Shown: positions 9,600 through 19,566, counted from the stretch's first letter. The stretch is DNA of 64,000 bases from Candidatus Latescibacterota bacterium (GCA_965226795.1 CBDDDZ010000003.1:288001-352000); one strand, 5' to 3'. The notes: generated by a model not told the origin, from the sequence alone. Made by a program: numbers and translations.

Positions 9600-10697
9600 T
9601 TATTTCAATAACATCATTCGTTTGGAAGCCGTAAAGTCGGCGGCCTGTACCCTGTAGAGATAGATTCCACTTGCCACCCGCCGCCCCATCTCATCCATCC
9701 CGTCCCAGGTCGCCGTGAAGGAACCTGCCTCCATAGGCTGGTCGATCAGAACGCGGACCTCCTGGCCCAGCAGGTTGTAAATGGCCAGCCTGACCGGACT
9801 TGCCTCCGGAATCCTGTATCCGATGACAGTGGAAGGGTTGAACGGGTTGGGCGCATTCTGATCCAGGCCGTATTCGCCGGATTGAGGCGTCAGGCGGGCA
9901 AAATCAACAGTTGTCAGCCGGTCGATGGCGCCGTCGAGGCCGACCAGAACGCCTTCCGAAATCCGAAAATCGCTGGACGCAGGCTCACCGTCCGTCTTAA
10001 AGGTGAGTTCTACAAGCTTGCCGTCGCCACTGACCCCCTGGCCATCGACCTTCACCGCGCCAAGATCCACCCTGCCGGGCGCGTGGTTCGCGGACAAAAA
10101 CAGCGTCTGCTGGCCAGGACCTGATTTGAGCAGATTCTCCTCCAATTCCCTGGCTTCCATCAACTCGTACTTCGCCGGGTCGTAGTGCAGCGAGAATCCG
10201 TAACCTTTCAGGTCCTTCGTATGAGCCAGTGAAACGTGCAGTCTCAAAAGCCCGTTCTCAGTACTCAAGTCGTCAACCTTCTCGAGCTTTAGTGTGGCAA
10301 ATGCGTTCCGGCCACCGGTGATATTCAAACCTCTCGTCATCTTTCCTGTGGCGTTCGCACCGCCCACACTGCCGGGTTTTGAGTCCAAGGCCCCCATAAG
10401 CGATGACCGGTCGCGAACGGTGGCGCTCAACGGATTTCCTTCCGACGCACCGGCGTTTACGATCTCGTGCTTCGCCGGTACGTAACCCAGCGAAAGCCCA
10501 TACCCCTTCAGCGCTCCTTCGCCCGTCGAGGGAACGGGTTTCTGTAGTGGACTTTTATTTTTGTCCAGGGCGCCAAGTTGTCGCGATTTCGTTTTTGCAA
10601 CTGCGCTCCGTCCGTCATCAGCGGTCAATTCATCGGCAAGGGCCGGGCCGGATGAAACCAACACAGCGCAAATCGACAGAAGAACAATCCGTTTCAT
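9600..10697 (-). CDS. Secreted cohesin-like protein with a C-terminal FlgD-Ig / T9SS-sorting-like domain
   Basis: Signal peptide; LKGYGFSLHYDP cohesin-like segment; C-terminal QNAPNPFNPST...IYNLLGQEVR...WDG...ASGIYLYR...KRMMLLK. Confidence 0.85.
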   Translation of the reverse strand: MKRIVLLSICAVLVSSGPALADELTADDGRSAVAKTKSRQLGALDKNKSPLQKPVPSTGEGALKGYGLSLGYVPAKHEIVNAGASEGNPLSATVRDRSSLMGALDSKPGSVGGANATGKMTRGLNITGGRNAFATLKLEKVDDLSTENGLLRLHVSLAHTKDLKGYGFSLHYDPAKYELMEARELEENLLKSGPGQQTLFLSANHAPGRVDLGAVKVDGQGVSGDGKLVELTFKTDGEPASSDFRISEGVLVGLDGAIDRLTTVDFARLTPQSGEYGLDQNAPNPFNPSTVIGYRIPEASPVRLAIYNLLGQEVRVLIDQPMEAGSFTATWDGMDEMGRRVASGIYLYRVQAADFTASKRMMLLK

Positions 10698-10906
10698 TTC
10701 GTTACTCCTCCAATAGCGGTTCTCCGCACCTCAAGAATTCGCGTCCATCCCGGGTAAGCCGAACCATCCATCATACTGCAGGCGATTTCCATTTGCGTTA
10801 ATGAACGATCAACCATCCGACCAGGCCATTTCTTCTCGGTTTAAGCGGAAAGCCCGATATCTGCGTGGATCTTTCGGACTTCGTGGGCTATCCGAGCCAC
10901 ATAAGA

Positions 10907-10935
10907 AATCTATCGCACAAATCCGCCCCTGTCAA
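10907..10935 (-). promoter_or_regulatory. Putative sigma70 promoter for the 10697 gene
   Basis: Minus strand TTGACA-N17-TAGATT, about 200 nt upstream of the ATG. Confidence 0.55.
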
Positions 10936-11017
10936 CCCCATTGAACGCAGATAGAGCCGAAATCACCTCTTGCGAGTCCGTCAATCCACACCTGGATCAT
11001 CCCGCCGTTTCCATGGC

Positions 11018-13930
11018 TCATCGGCCACTTCGAGGAGACCCCGCCGCTGTTTCCGCCCAACTCCTCACGCGTTCCTCGATACGTTCTCTCACGTCCGCGG
11101 CGACCTCGCGCACTTCCGCCGGTGCACGGACCGTCTCGCCCTGTCGCTCGCGAAGCGCGACGATGAGGGGCGCCAGCGCACCGGATTTCGCGGGATCGCT
11201 CAGGAGAACTGCGACAAGCTCACGCTCCGAAGCGCCGGCTGCGACAAGGTTGGGTATAAGCCAAAGCATCCAGTTCAATCCAACTTCGTTGTCAGGAGGA
11301 ACCGCGGCATACACGGAGCAAAACACTTCCATAGCCGCGACACTCTCGTTTCGAATCATCAGTGCCAGAGCTCGTATACACATTGCCTGCCACGCAAATT
11401 GGCCGCTCCCATTGTCAGACAGAGCGTGGACTCTTTTTTCGAGTTGCTCACACACGCGCAGCGCTTCATCCGCGCGCCCCAACTCGGCCTGGCACCGGCC
11501 CTTGTCGACCAACGCCCCGATAACAAACCTCTGAAGATCCGATACATCGCTGTCGCCATAACGCTCAACCATATCGTCCCACGACGCAATGGCTCCCTCC
11601 GCATCACGCAATTCCTTTTTCGTTCTTCCCTTATCGATCAACGCCCCGGCGATATACTTCTGAAGACCCAGCGCATCGCTGTCGCCGTAACGTTCGACCA
11701 CCTCCTGGAAGTTTGCAACGGCTCCCTCCGGATCGTCCAGTTCCTTTCTCAATCTTCCCCTGTCGATCAGTGCCCCGGCAACCCAGCCTTGAACATCTGG
11801 CGCGTTGCTTTCGCCAAAACGCTTGACCACTTCCTCACATATCGACAGGGCCCCCCCAGGGTCGCCCTGTTCTTTGATCGCTTCTGCTTTGTGGACCAAC
11901 GAAGCTGCAACCCAAAACTGAAGATCGGGAACGGTGCTGTCAGCGTAGCGTTCGATCACGATGTTGTTTAATGCAACGGCTCCGGCCGTATCGCCAAGTT
12001 TTTTTCTCGCTTCTGCCTCGTCGGTTAACGCGGTGGCGACCCAAATCTGAAGATTTGGATCATTGCTGTCTCCATAGCGCTCGACCACCTCCTCCCACGC
12101 CGAAATGGCTCCGTCAACATCGTCCATGTCCTTTCTCAGTCTACCTTTGTGGTCTAACGCCATAGCAACCAACATTTGGAGACGAATCGCGTTGCTGTTA
12201 CCGTAGTGTTCCACCACCTCCTCGCATGCTACAATGGCTCCCTCAAGATCTCCCAGTTCTTTTTTCGCTCTCACCTTCTGCATCAACGTTATGGCGACCC
12301 GCTGCTTAACTTCCTTTGTGCGGTTGTAACCGCAACGTCTTACCAGTTCCTCGCACGCTGCAATTATCCCTTGGAAATCTCCAAGTTGCGCGTAAGCGAC
12401 GCCCTTCAGGTGCAAAATGCGGGCGATGAATACTTCTGACAGTTGCCGCGATTCTGCGTCACCGGAAGTGAACACCTGGTCAACGATTTCGATGACTCTC
12501 TCCCATGCCCGTCCCTGGAACGCTGATGTGATATCTTTCTCAAGCCGCCTTTCAGCCATCCCCTGATCATACTTGGCAACTTTGTCTGCTGCTTCTCTGA
12601 CGAAATCCCACTTTATGCTGGAATCGACCTCTTCGGCATGTGACATTTTTTCGAGTGCGCGGTCCATACCTGCGCGCAGGACCGGTGACTCCCTCGCTTC
12701 CAGGTACAACTGTTCGCTGATCTCAGATAGTTCACGAATGTTGTAAAACACCACCATGAATTTTATCAAACATTCTACAATTGCCGCCTCGTCGCGTTCG
12801 CGCCGCAGTTTGTAATAGATGCTGTAGAGCGGCTCGGAGGGGGCGTAAAATCTTTTCCTTCCGCGGCCTTCCACATTGACGGCGCCGCGCTCGACGAGCC
12901 TCCCCAGCATCGTGGATACGACGCGAACATCCATGCGCGCACGCGTCGCAATTTCGCCGGCGCTCGACGGTTGCCACAGGTCCATCACCGAGACGTAGAC
13001 CCGCCGTTCGGTCTTTGCCAGAACTTCGAGGTGTCCGCGGAAATATTCCGTGTGCTCGTCGATCAGCGTTACCAGCTCTTCCATCAACCTGCGGAGGGAG
13101 CGGTGTCTCCCGAACTCGGCGACGATGACCAGAAGGCGCGGGTTACCGCCGGTCAGGATCTGAAGCGGCCTGATCTCCCGTAAGCTCACGGTATCTCCGC
13201 TGACCACCTGCCAAAGGAGGCGGCACGCATCCGTATCCAGCGGTTGCAGATTGATGGTTCGGAACAGCTCGAAGAACGGCTGCTCTGCGTCGTCCAGGCC
13301 CTCGAATCGACTCGTTGAGGAGGAAAGCAACATCATGACCTGGGGTTCCGACTGAAGCGCCCCTCTAAGCTTCCAGCCGAAATCCTCGTCCACGTTCTCG
13401 CATAACGATTGCAGGTTCTCGACCATGAGCACGAGTTTCCTGTCCAGCCGATCCGCTGCCTCCAGAACGGCGGCGCGGGCGAGCGCCTCGAGCGACTGTT
13501 CACGCCAGCGGGAAGAGAGGTCGCGATGTGTCTGCCGCAGATCCTGTGAGAGGCCTCGATCCTGCTCCGCGGTCTCGTTTGCCAGATGGAACAGCGTCTC
13601 TAGCCAGAAATCGGCGACGTTGAAGATCTCCTGGCTCTCTTCCATGAACCGCACCGGGAATAGCCATTTCGCGAGTTGCTGGTCAGTTCTCAATTCTGCG
13701 GCGGTACGGACCAGGAGCATGGTTTTTCCGCGACCTCGAGGACCCACCAACAGGACGTGTTGGCACGACGGCGAGTCCACGTTCCCACGGAGGACCTCGA
13801 GTACGGTGTCGAGTTCGCGCTTGCGGACGACAAACTGCTGGATCACTTCTTCGTCGGACTGATGCGTGCCGGGGTTGAACTTGCGAAGCGGACGATTTGC
13901 GGCCTGGCTCGCTGCATTGGCACCAGTCAT
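11018..13930 (-). CDS. STAND-like P-loop NTPase with winged helix and C-terminal TPR array
   Basis: Walker A GPRGRGKT, variant Walker B VLMVEN, GGNPR (GxP), wHTH SAGEIATRARM...LGRLVERG, about 8 43-aa TPR-like repeats. Confidence 0.85.
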   Translation of the reverse strand: MTGANAASQAANRPLRKFNPGTHQSDEEVIQQFVVRKRELDTVLEVLRGNVDSPSCQHVLLVGPRGRGKTMLLVRTAAELRTDQQLAKWLFPVRFMEESQEIFNVADFWLETLFHLANETAEQDRGLSQDLRQTHRDLSSRWREQSLEALARAAVLEAADRLDRKLVLMVENLQSLCENVDEDFGWKLRGALQSEPQVMMLLSSSTSRFEGLDDAEQPFFELFRTINLQPLDTDACRLLWQVVSGDTVSLREIRPLQILTGGNPRLLVIVAEFGRHRSLRRLMEELVTLIDEHTEYFRGHLEVLAKTERRVYVSVMDLWQPSSAGEIATRARMDVRVVSTMLGRLVERGAVNVEGRGRKRFYAPSEPLYSIYYKLRRERDEAAIVECLIKFMVVFYNIRELSEISEQLYLEARESPVLRAGMDRALEKMSHAEEVDSSIKWDFVREAADKVAKYDQGMAERRLEKDITSAFQGRAWERVIEIVDQVFTSGDAESRQLSEVFIARILHLKGVAYAQLGDFQGIIAACEELVRRCGYNRTKEVKQRVAITLMQKVRAKKELGDLEGAIVACEEVVEHYGNSNAIRLQMLVAMALDHKGRLRKDMDDVDGAISAWEEVVERYGDSNDPNLQIWVATALTDEAEARKKLGDTAGAVALNNIVIERYADSTVPDLQFWVAASLVHKAEAIKEQGDPGGALSICEEVVKRFGESNAPDVQGWVAGALIDRGRLRKELDDPEGAVANFQEVVERYGDSDALGLQKYIAGALIDKGRTKKELRDAEGAIASWDDMVERYGDSDVSDLQRFVIGALVDKGRCQAELGRADEALRVCEQLEKRVHALSDNGSGQFAWQAMCIRALALMIRNESVAAMEVFCSVYAAVPPDNEVGLNWMLWLIPNLVAAGASERELVAVLLSDPAKSGALAPLIVALRERQGETVRAPAEVREVAADVRERIEERVRSWAETAAGSPRSGR

Positions 13931-15171
13931 TTCGTTCGCCCCCTTGACCCATCGTTAGTCCGGCGACATTCGATCGGGATATGATGATCACGGAAGCGGG
14001 CCGTCCACCAATCTTTCAGCAAACGTGAAGCAAAGCGGTGACCATCGTCGTTGGCTTCGAGATACCCATCGTGTTCCAGGACTTCGAGGACGTCCGCAAT
14101 ACGTGTGGTTGCGTCATCTACCAGCCTGGAATACATCCGGACGAGACAATTTTTCGTGTTTGGTGTGAACACTCCCTCAACCGCCGCTTCGGCAAGAATC
14201 TCCATGGCAATAGAGTAGCTCTCATCTTCCAGAGCCTCCTTAAGGCGCGCCTCGTAGTGTACGAGGTCGGTTTGACCCGACGGTCCCAGGAGCGAGTTGC
14301 GATAGACATTCTCTACGTCTTTCACTGTGACCCGGTCGCGACCATGCATGATGGCGAAGTCCCGCAAACGTGCGAAGAATGATTGAACGTGGTGGGGGAT
14401 GCCGATCCCGAGCGCGTAGTACACCGCGTCGGCCACGCCGTCGTCAATGGATAATCTGTACCTGTCGACAAGACGATTGAAGCACTTCACGCTTGTTTCA
14501 CGGTCCCATGGTCCGAGCCGGTAGGTATAGAAATAGTTGATGAGATCGGGTATGTTGAGCCGTCGGACGAGTGGTTCGAGACCGATACTGCCGGACACAA
14601 TGAGGACCGGAGAGCCTTCGGCGAGCGCCTGGAACACGCCGCGTAACCAACTCAGGAATTCGTCCACACGTCGTGCGTTGCCGTCGGCTTGGAGCATGCG
14701 TTTGAGAAAGATGGGTAGTTCGTCGACAACCAGAAGCACGGGCTTGTCCTGCTCGGCGCATGCACCGAACAACTCGTCACCATGACGCCGCCAGTTCCCA
14801 TCATTCAGCACGGCACGGATCTTCAAGCTAAATTCCGGCGCGCTGATTTCTTCTATCCTTTCGCTGAAAATACGCTTCAGGCCGACGGCGAAACGCGACG
14901 CGATAGAGCGAATCTGGTGTACTGCTCGCGCGATGTCCGCGACCGCCTGCTCCGGGGAGTCCGCTCCTTCAACATCCGCAAAGAGAAAGATCCAGCCGTC
15001 GGCTTCAAGCCTGCGCCCGAGTTCCCGGACAATGGTGGTCTTTCCCATGCGCCGCTGTCCGGTCAACAACACGTGGTTTCGGTCTCGGACGAGTGTTTCC
15101 AGTATTTGCAGTTCACGATCACGGTTGAAAAAGTCATCGCCGCTAACCCAGCGGCCCGTGGATGAGTTCAT
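13927..15171 (-). CDS. STAND-like (archaeal-ATPase/AAA_16-type) ATP-binding protein with C-terminal winged helix
   Basis: FFNRDRE, Walker A GQRRMGKT, Walker B LLVVDE, SGS, GIP; AAGGAG RBS before ATG 15171; ATGA overlap with the downstream gene. Confidence 0.85.
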   Translation of the reverse strand: MNSSTGRWVSGDDFFNRDRELQILETLVRDRNHVLLTGQRRMGKTTIVRELGRRLEADGWIFLFADVEGADSPEQAVADIARAVHQIRSIASRFAVGLKRIFSERIEEISAPEFSLKIRAVLNDGNWRRHGDELFGACAEQDKPVLLVVDELPIFLKRMLQADGNARRVDEFLSWLRGVFQALAEGSPVLIVSGSIGLEPLVRRLNIPDLINYFYTYRLGPWDRETSVKCFNRLVDRYRLSIDDGVADAVYYALGIGIPHHVQSFFARLRDFAIMHGRDRVTVKDVENVYRNSLLGPSGQTDLVHYEARLKEALEDESYSIAMEILAEAAVEGVFTPNTKNCLVRMYSRLVDDATTRIADVLEVLEHDGYLEANDDGHRFASRLLKDWWTARFRDHHIPIECRRTNDGSRGRTK

Positions 15172-15202
15172 TGTCCGCTCCTTAATTTTCGAATCCAATG
15201 AA

Positions 15203-15246
15203 AATATAATATACAACAAATTCGTTGTCAACAGTTTTGTTGTATA
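15203..15246 (-). promoter_or_regulatory. sigma70 promoter of the ATPase pair overlapped by tandem palindromic operator-like sites
   Basis: Minus strand TTGACA(15231-15226)-N17-TATATT(15208-15203); ACAAC-N6-GTTGT (15213-15228) and CAAC-N6-GTTG (15229-15242) lie within the outer inverted repeat TATACAACAAA/TTTGTTGTATA. Confidence 0.75.
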
Positions 15247-15484
15247 ATTCGACAAACCGTTGAAATAGGAGATCGTTTGTAGTCGCCCCCTGCAAATGCG
15301 CCGGGTGAGCGGACTTCGATTGCCTTGCCATTGGCTGACCGCTGTCAGCTATGCGCCACGGGTGCGCAAACCTGTGCGAAACAAAAACGACCCGCGATAC
15401 CCTTGTTGAAATCAGAGTATTCATTTATGTTATATAGTGTCTGGAAAACGAGAACCCCTGCACCGAATAAGGAGAAAGGACCCC

Positions 15485-17816
15485 ATGCCTGAATCGAGAT
15501 GTCGTCCCACTCGTTGGTTTGCCCGGTTTCTCCCCGTGGCGCCGGCGGTGATCTTTATCGTCATTTGCATTGCCCTCTGGATTCAATCGCAGCCGCTGCC
15601 TTCGCAGAGTCCGTTTTCGCTTTCCCCGGACCTGGATGGCGCGGAGGGCGATCAGGGCGTGACTTCTCTCGACGTGTCCGCCGAGGACATCGTTTCCATA
15701 CAGGTTTTCGGCGATGACATCCAGGGGGCCACTGCTGTTTCAATCAGGGGGCCACTGCTGTTTCAATCAGGGGGCCACTGCTGTTTCAATGCTTTTTCAA
15801 TACGATGCGCGCCAGGTTCTCTTCGATGGCTTCGACGTTGGCGGGATTATGACCCACGCCGTGGCGGTAACCCGCGAAGTTACGCATCCGACCGAGCTCA
15901 AGATCACCATCTGGCCGTTCGCGAGCCGCCCCACTCCCAGAACCGGCCTTATAGGCACCGTTCATTTTCGTACATCGGCCACGTTCTCCAGCACCACAAT
16001 ACGCCTGGCCCACGGGGATATTTCTCTGGGCCGATACCGGGAGGAAACCGCGACGCTGGATATCGACATCTCGGTGCAAGACAGTACGGCGGCGCCGTCG
16101 CCCGGCCTTGACGTCCATCGCGCCGATTTCGACGGCGACGGCACGGTCGCATTGTCCGATTTTTTGCAGTTTGCGAGCCATTTCGGGTCGCAGCAGGAGG
16201 ACGAGTCCTTCTAAGAACGATTCGATCTGGATGGCGACGGATCGGTGGCGCTCGGGGACTTTCTGGAATTTGCGGCCCAGTTCGGAAAGGAACTGCCGCC
16301 GCCCACGCCGCTTGTGGACCCGGCCGAGCGCGACGCTTTGGTGGCCATCTACAGGGCGACGGGCGGTGACAACTGGACGAACAGGACGAACTGGCTGACC
16401 GACAAGCACATTTCCAACTGGCACGGCGTCTTCGCCTTCGACGGTCGAGTGTCGGTATTGAGCCTGCGCGAGAACAATCTGACGGGTGAGATCCCGGCTG
16501 AATTGGGCAGCCTGTCCCATCTCAGGCGTCTCTACCTCCAGGACAATGGTCTGAGCGGTCCGATCCCCGTGGAATTGGGCAATCCTACCCAAAACGAGGC
16601 GCTTTTTCTGCACCGCAACGCGTTGAGCGGTACGATACCTGCCGAACTGGGCAACCTTTCCAAACTCAAATGGTTGGGTCTGAACGACAACCAGTTGAGC
16701 GGCGCCATACCCGCCGAATTGGGCGACCTTTCCAATCTGAAGGTCCTATGGATTTGGAAAAACGCGCTGAGCGGCGAGATCCCCGCCGATCTTGGAAAGC
16801 TCTCCGAACTGTTATGGCTGGATCTCAGCGAGAACCAATTGACTGGCGCAATACCTCCCGAACTGGGCGACATGACCAACGTGAATCAACTGTGGCTTGC
16901 CGAGAACAAGCTGAGCGGCGAGATTCCCGAGGCGCTTGGTAATATGGCTCACCTTCAGCGGCTCTACCTTAATGAAAATGAGTTGACCGGACCCATTCCC
17001 GCGGCGTTGGCCAACATTGCCGTCCTTGAAGTGCTCAGGCTGAACGAAAATAAGCTGAGCGGCGAGATTCCCTCCGAGTTCAGCGGATTGGACGAACTCA
17101 GGTGGCTGGAACTCGACATGAATGAATTGACTGGTGAAATACCGGCTGCGCTGGCCGACATGGCGTCACTTGAAGTGCTCTGGATTGCCAGCAACAAACT
17201 GACCGGCCCCATACCCTCCGAATTGGGCAAGCTCTCACAACTGTTCTGGCTGGATCTTTCAGGCAATGCGTTGAGCGGCGCGATTCCTGACGCCATGGGC
17301 AGCCTGTCCAACCTCGCTCAGCTGTGGGTCACCGATAATGCGGACCTGAAGGGCGCGCTTCCGTTCAGCCTGACCAACCTGAGCGACATGGAAGACTTTC
17401 AGTTTCACGGCACCGGGCTGTGCGCACCACTCGACGACGCCTTTCAGGCGTGGCTGGAGGGGATCGACCGGACCACCGGCGAGAATTGCGAGGAAACGAC
17501 AACCACGCCCGTGGAAATAAAGCCCCTGGCGGGGCTTCGCGTGTCGAACGGAGGGGTTCAATTCCTGGTATTATCGTCAACGGAGCAATGCATCACCCTC
17601 ATCGGTATATCCATTGAAGACGCAGTATACACGACCCACACGTCGAAATGGCAGCGAAAAGAGGGCGAGTCGTGGGCCGATATTCAAGGAACGCTGCGCG
17701 TGGGCCTATGTCCTTACTCGACCACCAGCGCCGGAGAATACCGGATGGTCGCCGAGGTCACCATCGATGGCGTAAGGGGAAGATACGCCAGCGAGAACAC
17801 CTTCACGGTCAACTGA
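15485..17816 (+). pseudogene. Membrane-anchored or secreted cohesin-like + dockerin-like EF-hand + plant-type LRR protein, disrupted
   Basis: RBS then ATG 15485 and a TM segment; frameshift from a 3x23-nt tandem repeat; in-frame TAA 16212-16214 between two DFDGDG/DLDGDG motifs; 13 x 24-aa LxxNxLxGxIPxxLG repeats. Confidence 0.8.
15722..15790 (+). repeat. Perfect tandem repeat, 3 x 23 nt (CAGGGGGCCACTGCTGTTTCAAT)
   Basis: Copies at 15722-15744, 15745-15767 and 15768-15790. Confidence 0.97.
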
Positions 17817-17834
17817 AAGCCACGTTTCCAGACT

Positions 17835-17865
17835 AAAAAAGGCCGTGTGATCCACACGGCCTTTT
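17835..17865. terminator. Bidirectional intrinsic terminator
   Basis: AAAAAA-GGCCGTGTG-ATC-CACACGGCC-TTTT between convergent genes. Confidence 0.85.
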
Positions 17866-18107
17866 GCAGAGGCGGGCATATACCGCCCCGTTTCGTTTTT
17901 TAAATTGAACCACAGTCGGAAGGACCGTCAGGCGAACCATCCGCCGCAGCGCCACCCGGCGCTTCTTCCCCTTCCTTCGATCCCGTCCGTTATTACCGCT
18001 TTGTTCAGCACGCCTTCCGCCCAATCTGCAACTCGCGAATGTCCGAACGCCTGACCGTTCCTCCGAGGCAACTGCGTACATGTCGGGCCGGCGCAGGCAG
18101 GTCAAAT

Positions 18108-19331
18108 CTACCGCACTCGTTTCCCGAAATCGTGGGCGAAAATCACGAAATCCTGAAATGCGATTTCGCCATCGCTATCCAGATCGTACAAGTCGTCGTA
18201 CCCCTCATCCGACCTATTCAATCCGATATGCCTGGCAAACAGAATAAAGTCGCCGAAGCCGACGATGCCGTCCTCGTCGAAGTCGGGCCCCCGACGATAA
18301 AAGCCGGCGCCAATAACGTACTCTTCGCCGAGATGGGAATGAAGCAGGGCGTAACTCACCTTTAATGAGCCCACCGTGTCGCCCACCAACTCGCCGTCTC
18401 CGTCCTCATCCACGTTCGGATCGTCCCACGTATATTCGACATAGCCTTCGCCGTTCTGCGCCGCGTTGATAAGTTCCTCTACAATCTTCACACCATTGGC
18501 GTCTTCAACGTCGATGTCTATTTGACCCTCTCGCTGCGGATCCGCCCCGTGAAAGATAACGTATCCCGTGGTCGTTATAACAAAGGTGTAGATTGAGCCG
18601 TGCTTCCAATACCCGCCCTCGTCCCTGAAGACGTCCCGGATTGTTCCAAGTCTGTCCAGTCCGATCCTTTCAAGGGCCACAGAAAAGGCCTTCAGTGCGC
18701 TTCGGACAAACGCCTCCAGACTCTCGCGATCCACCACCTCGCTGGCCGTCACGTCCGGACGGGGTACGGCAGAGCCGTCGCCGGCGGGGAGATCCGACAA
18801 ATTCCGGTAGAAGCCGCCGACCAGGACGTAGTTTTCGTTCGTTACCTCGGACAAGAATTGCGTGGCGTACGCCACTTTGGGTTCACCACTGTCATCTCCG
18901 TCCACCGCGGGATCGTCCCAATATTACCCGAAAAAACCGCCCCCGGCGGCCGCCTCCGCGAGGATATTCTTCCCAATGCTGTCGCTCCTGGCGTCGACAA
19001 TTCCTCGCAGGGTCTTTCCCTCGGCATCGGGCTGATCGGCATGGAACAGCACGGACCCGCGACCGTTGAGAACCACCAGGTATGTATTGCCGGACTTCCA
19101 GTCCCCCTCTAGACGCATACTGCCCCACAGAACCGCCAGTTCGGCCGCGTCGCTGATATCGTCCAGCTGCGTTTTCGCATATTCTACGAAGGCCCTCAGG
19201 GTTGCCGGATCCTTATTGACGTCGCCGGCCTTTACAGGCGCTTGCTGGGCAATCGCGGGACCCACACCGGCAAAGACGTTGACCATGCCCAGCAGACAAC
19301 CCAAACGGACAATATTCGCAATCGGCTTCAT
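18108..19331 (-). pseudogene. Secreted tandem Cache-domain protein with dockerin-like EF-hand C-terminus, in-frame nonsense codon
   Basis: Signal peptide; two Cache units (WKSGNTYLVVL...FH and WKHGSIYTFVI...FHG); TAA 18924-18926 in GGFFG*YWDDP versus GYVEYTWDDP in unit 2; DFDEDG/DLDSDG motifs. Confidence 0.8.
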
Positions 19332-19538
19332 GAAATTTCCCTGTTTTCAAGTTGGAAAGCGTCGTTGTCGATCAGGGGAAGCGGCGACGGCTGCATCCAT
19401 CCGTCTGCCGTGGTTGTTCGCGAAAACGACCCTGCCGCTTTTTGCCGTCCGCCGACCTCTTCCCGTTCGATTGCCGTATGGTCATTGCAATGACTCGGGT
19501 CGAGGCCGCTTCTCTTTCACATTACATTCACATTAAAA

Positions 19539-19566
19539 AATCTAAACCAAAAACGGTTGGTGTCAA
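19539..19566 (-). promoter_or_regulatory. Putative sigma70 promoter for the Cache gene
   Basis: Minus strand TTGACA-N16-TAGATT in an AT-rich context. Confidence 0.5.

Noticed and set aside
10780..10900. Faint resemblance of the minus-strand leader to a c-di-GMP-I riboswitch (GAAA loop, ACGCA, TAAACC)
   Set aside because: The GCAAA and GACGCAAAG consensus and the P1/P2 pairing could not be built; an Infernal scan would be needed.
15722..15790. Possible mini CRISPR array
   Set aside because: The repeats are directly adjacent with no spacers, lie inside a CDS, and no cas genes are present.
16455..17420. 72-nt periodic nucleotide repeats
   Set aside because: Explained by 24-aa LRR coding units.
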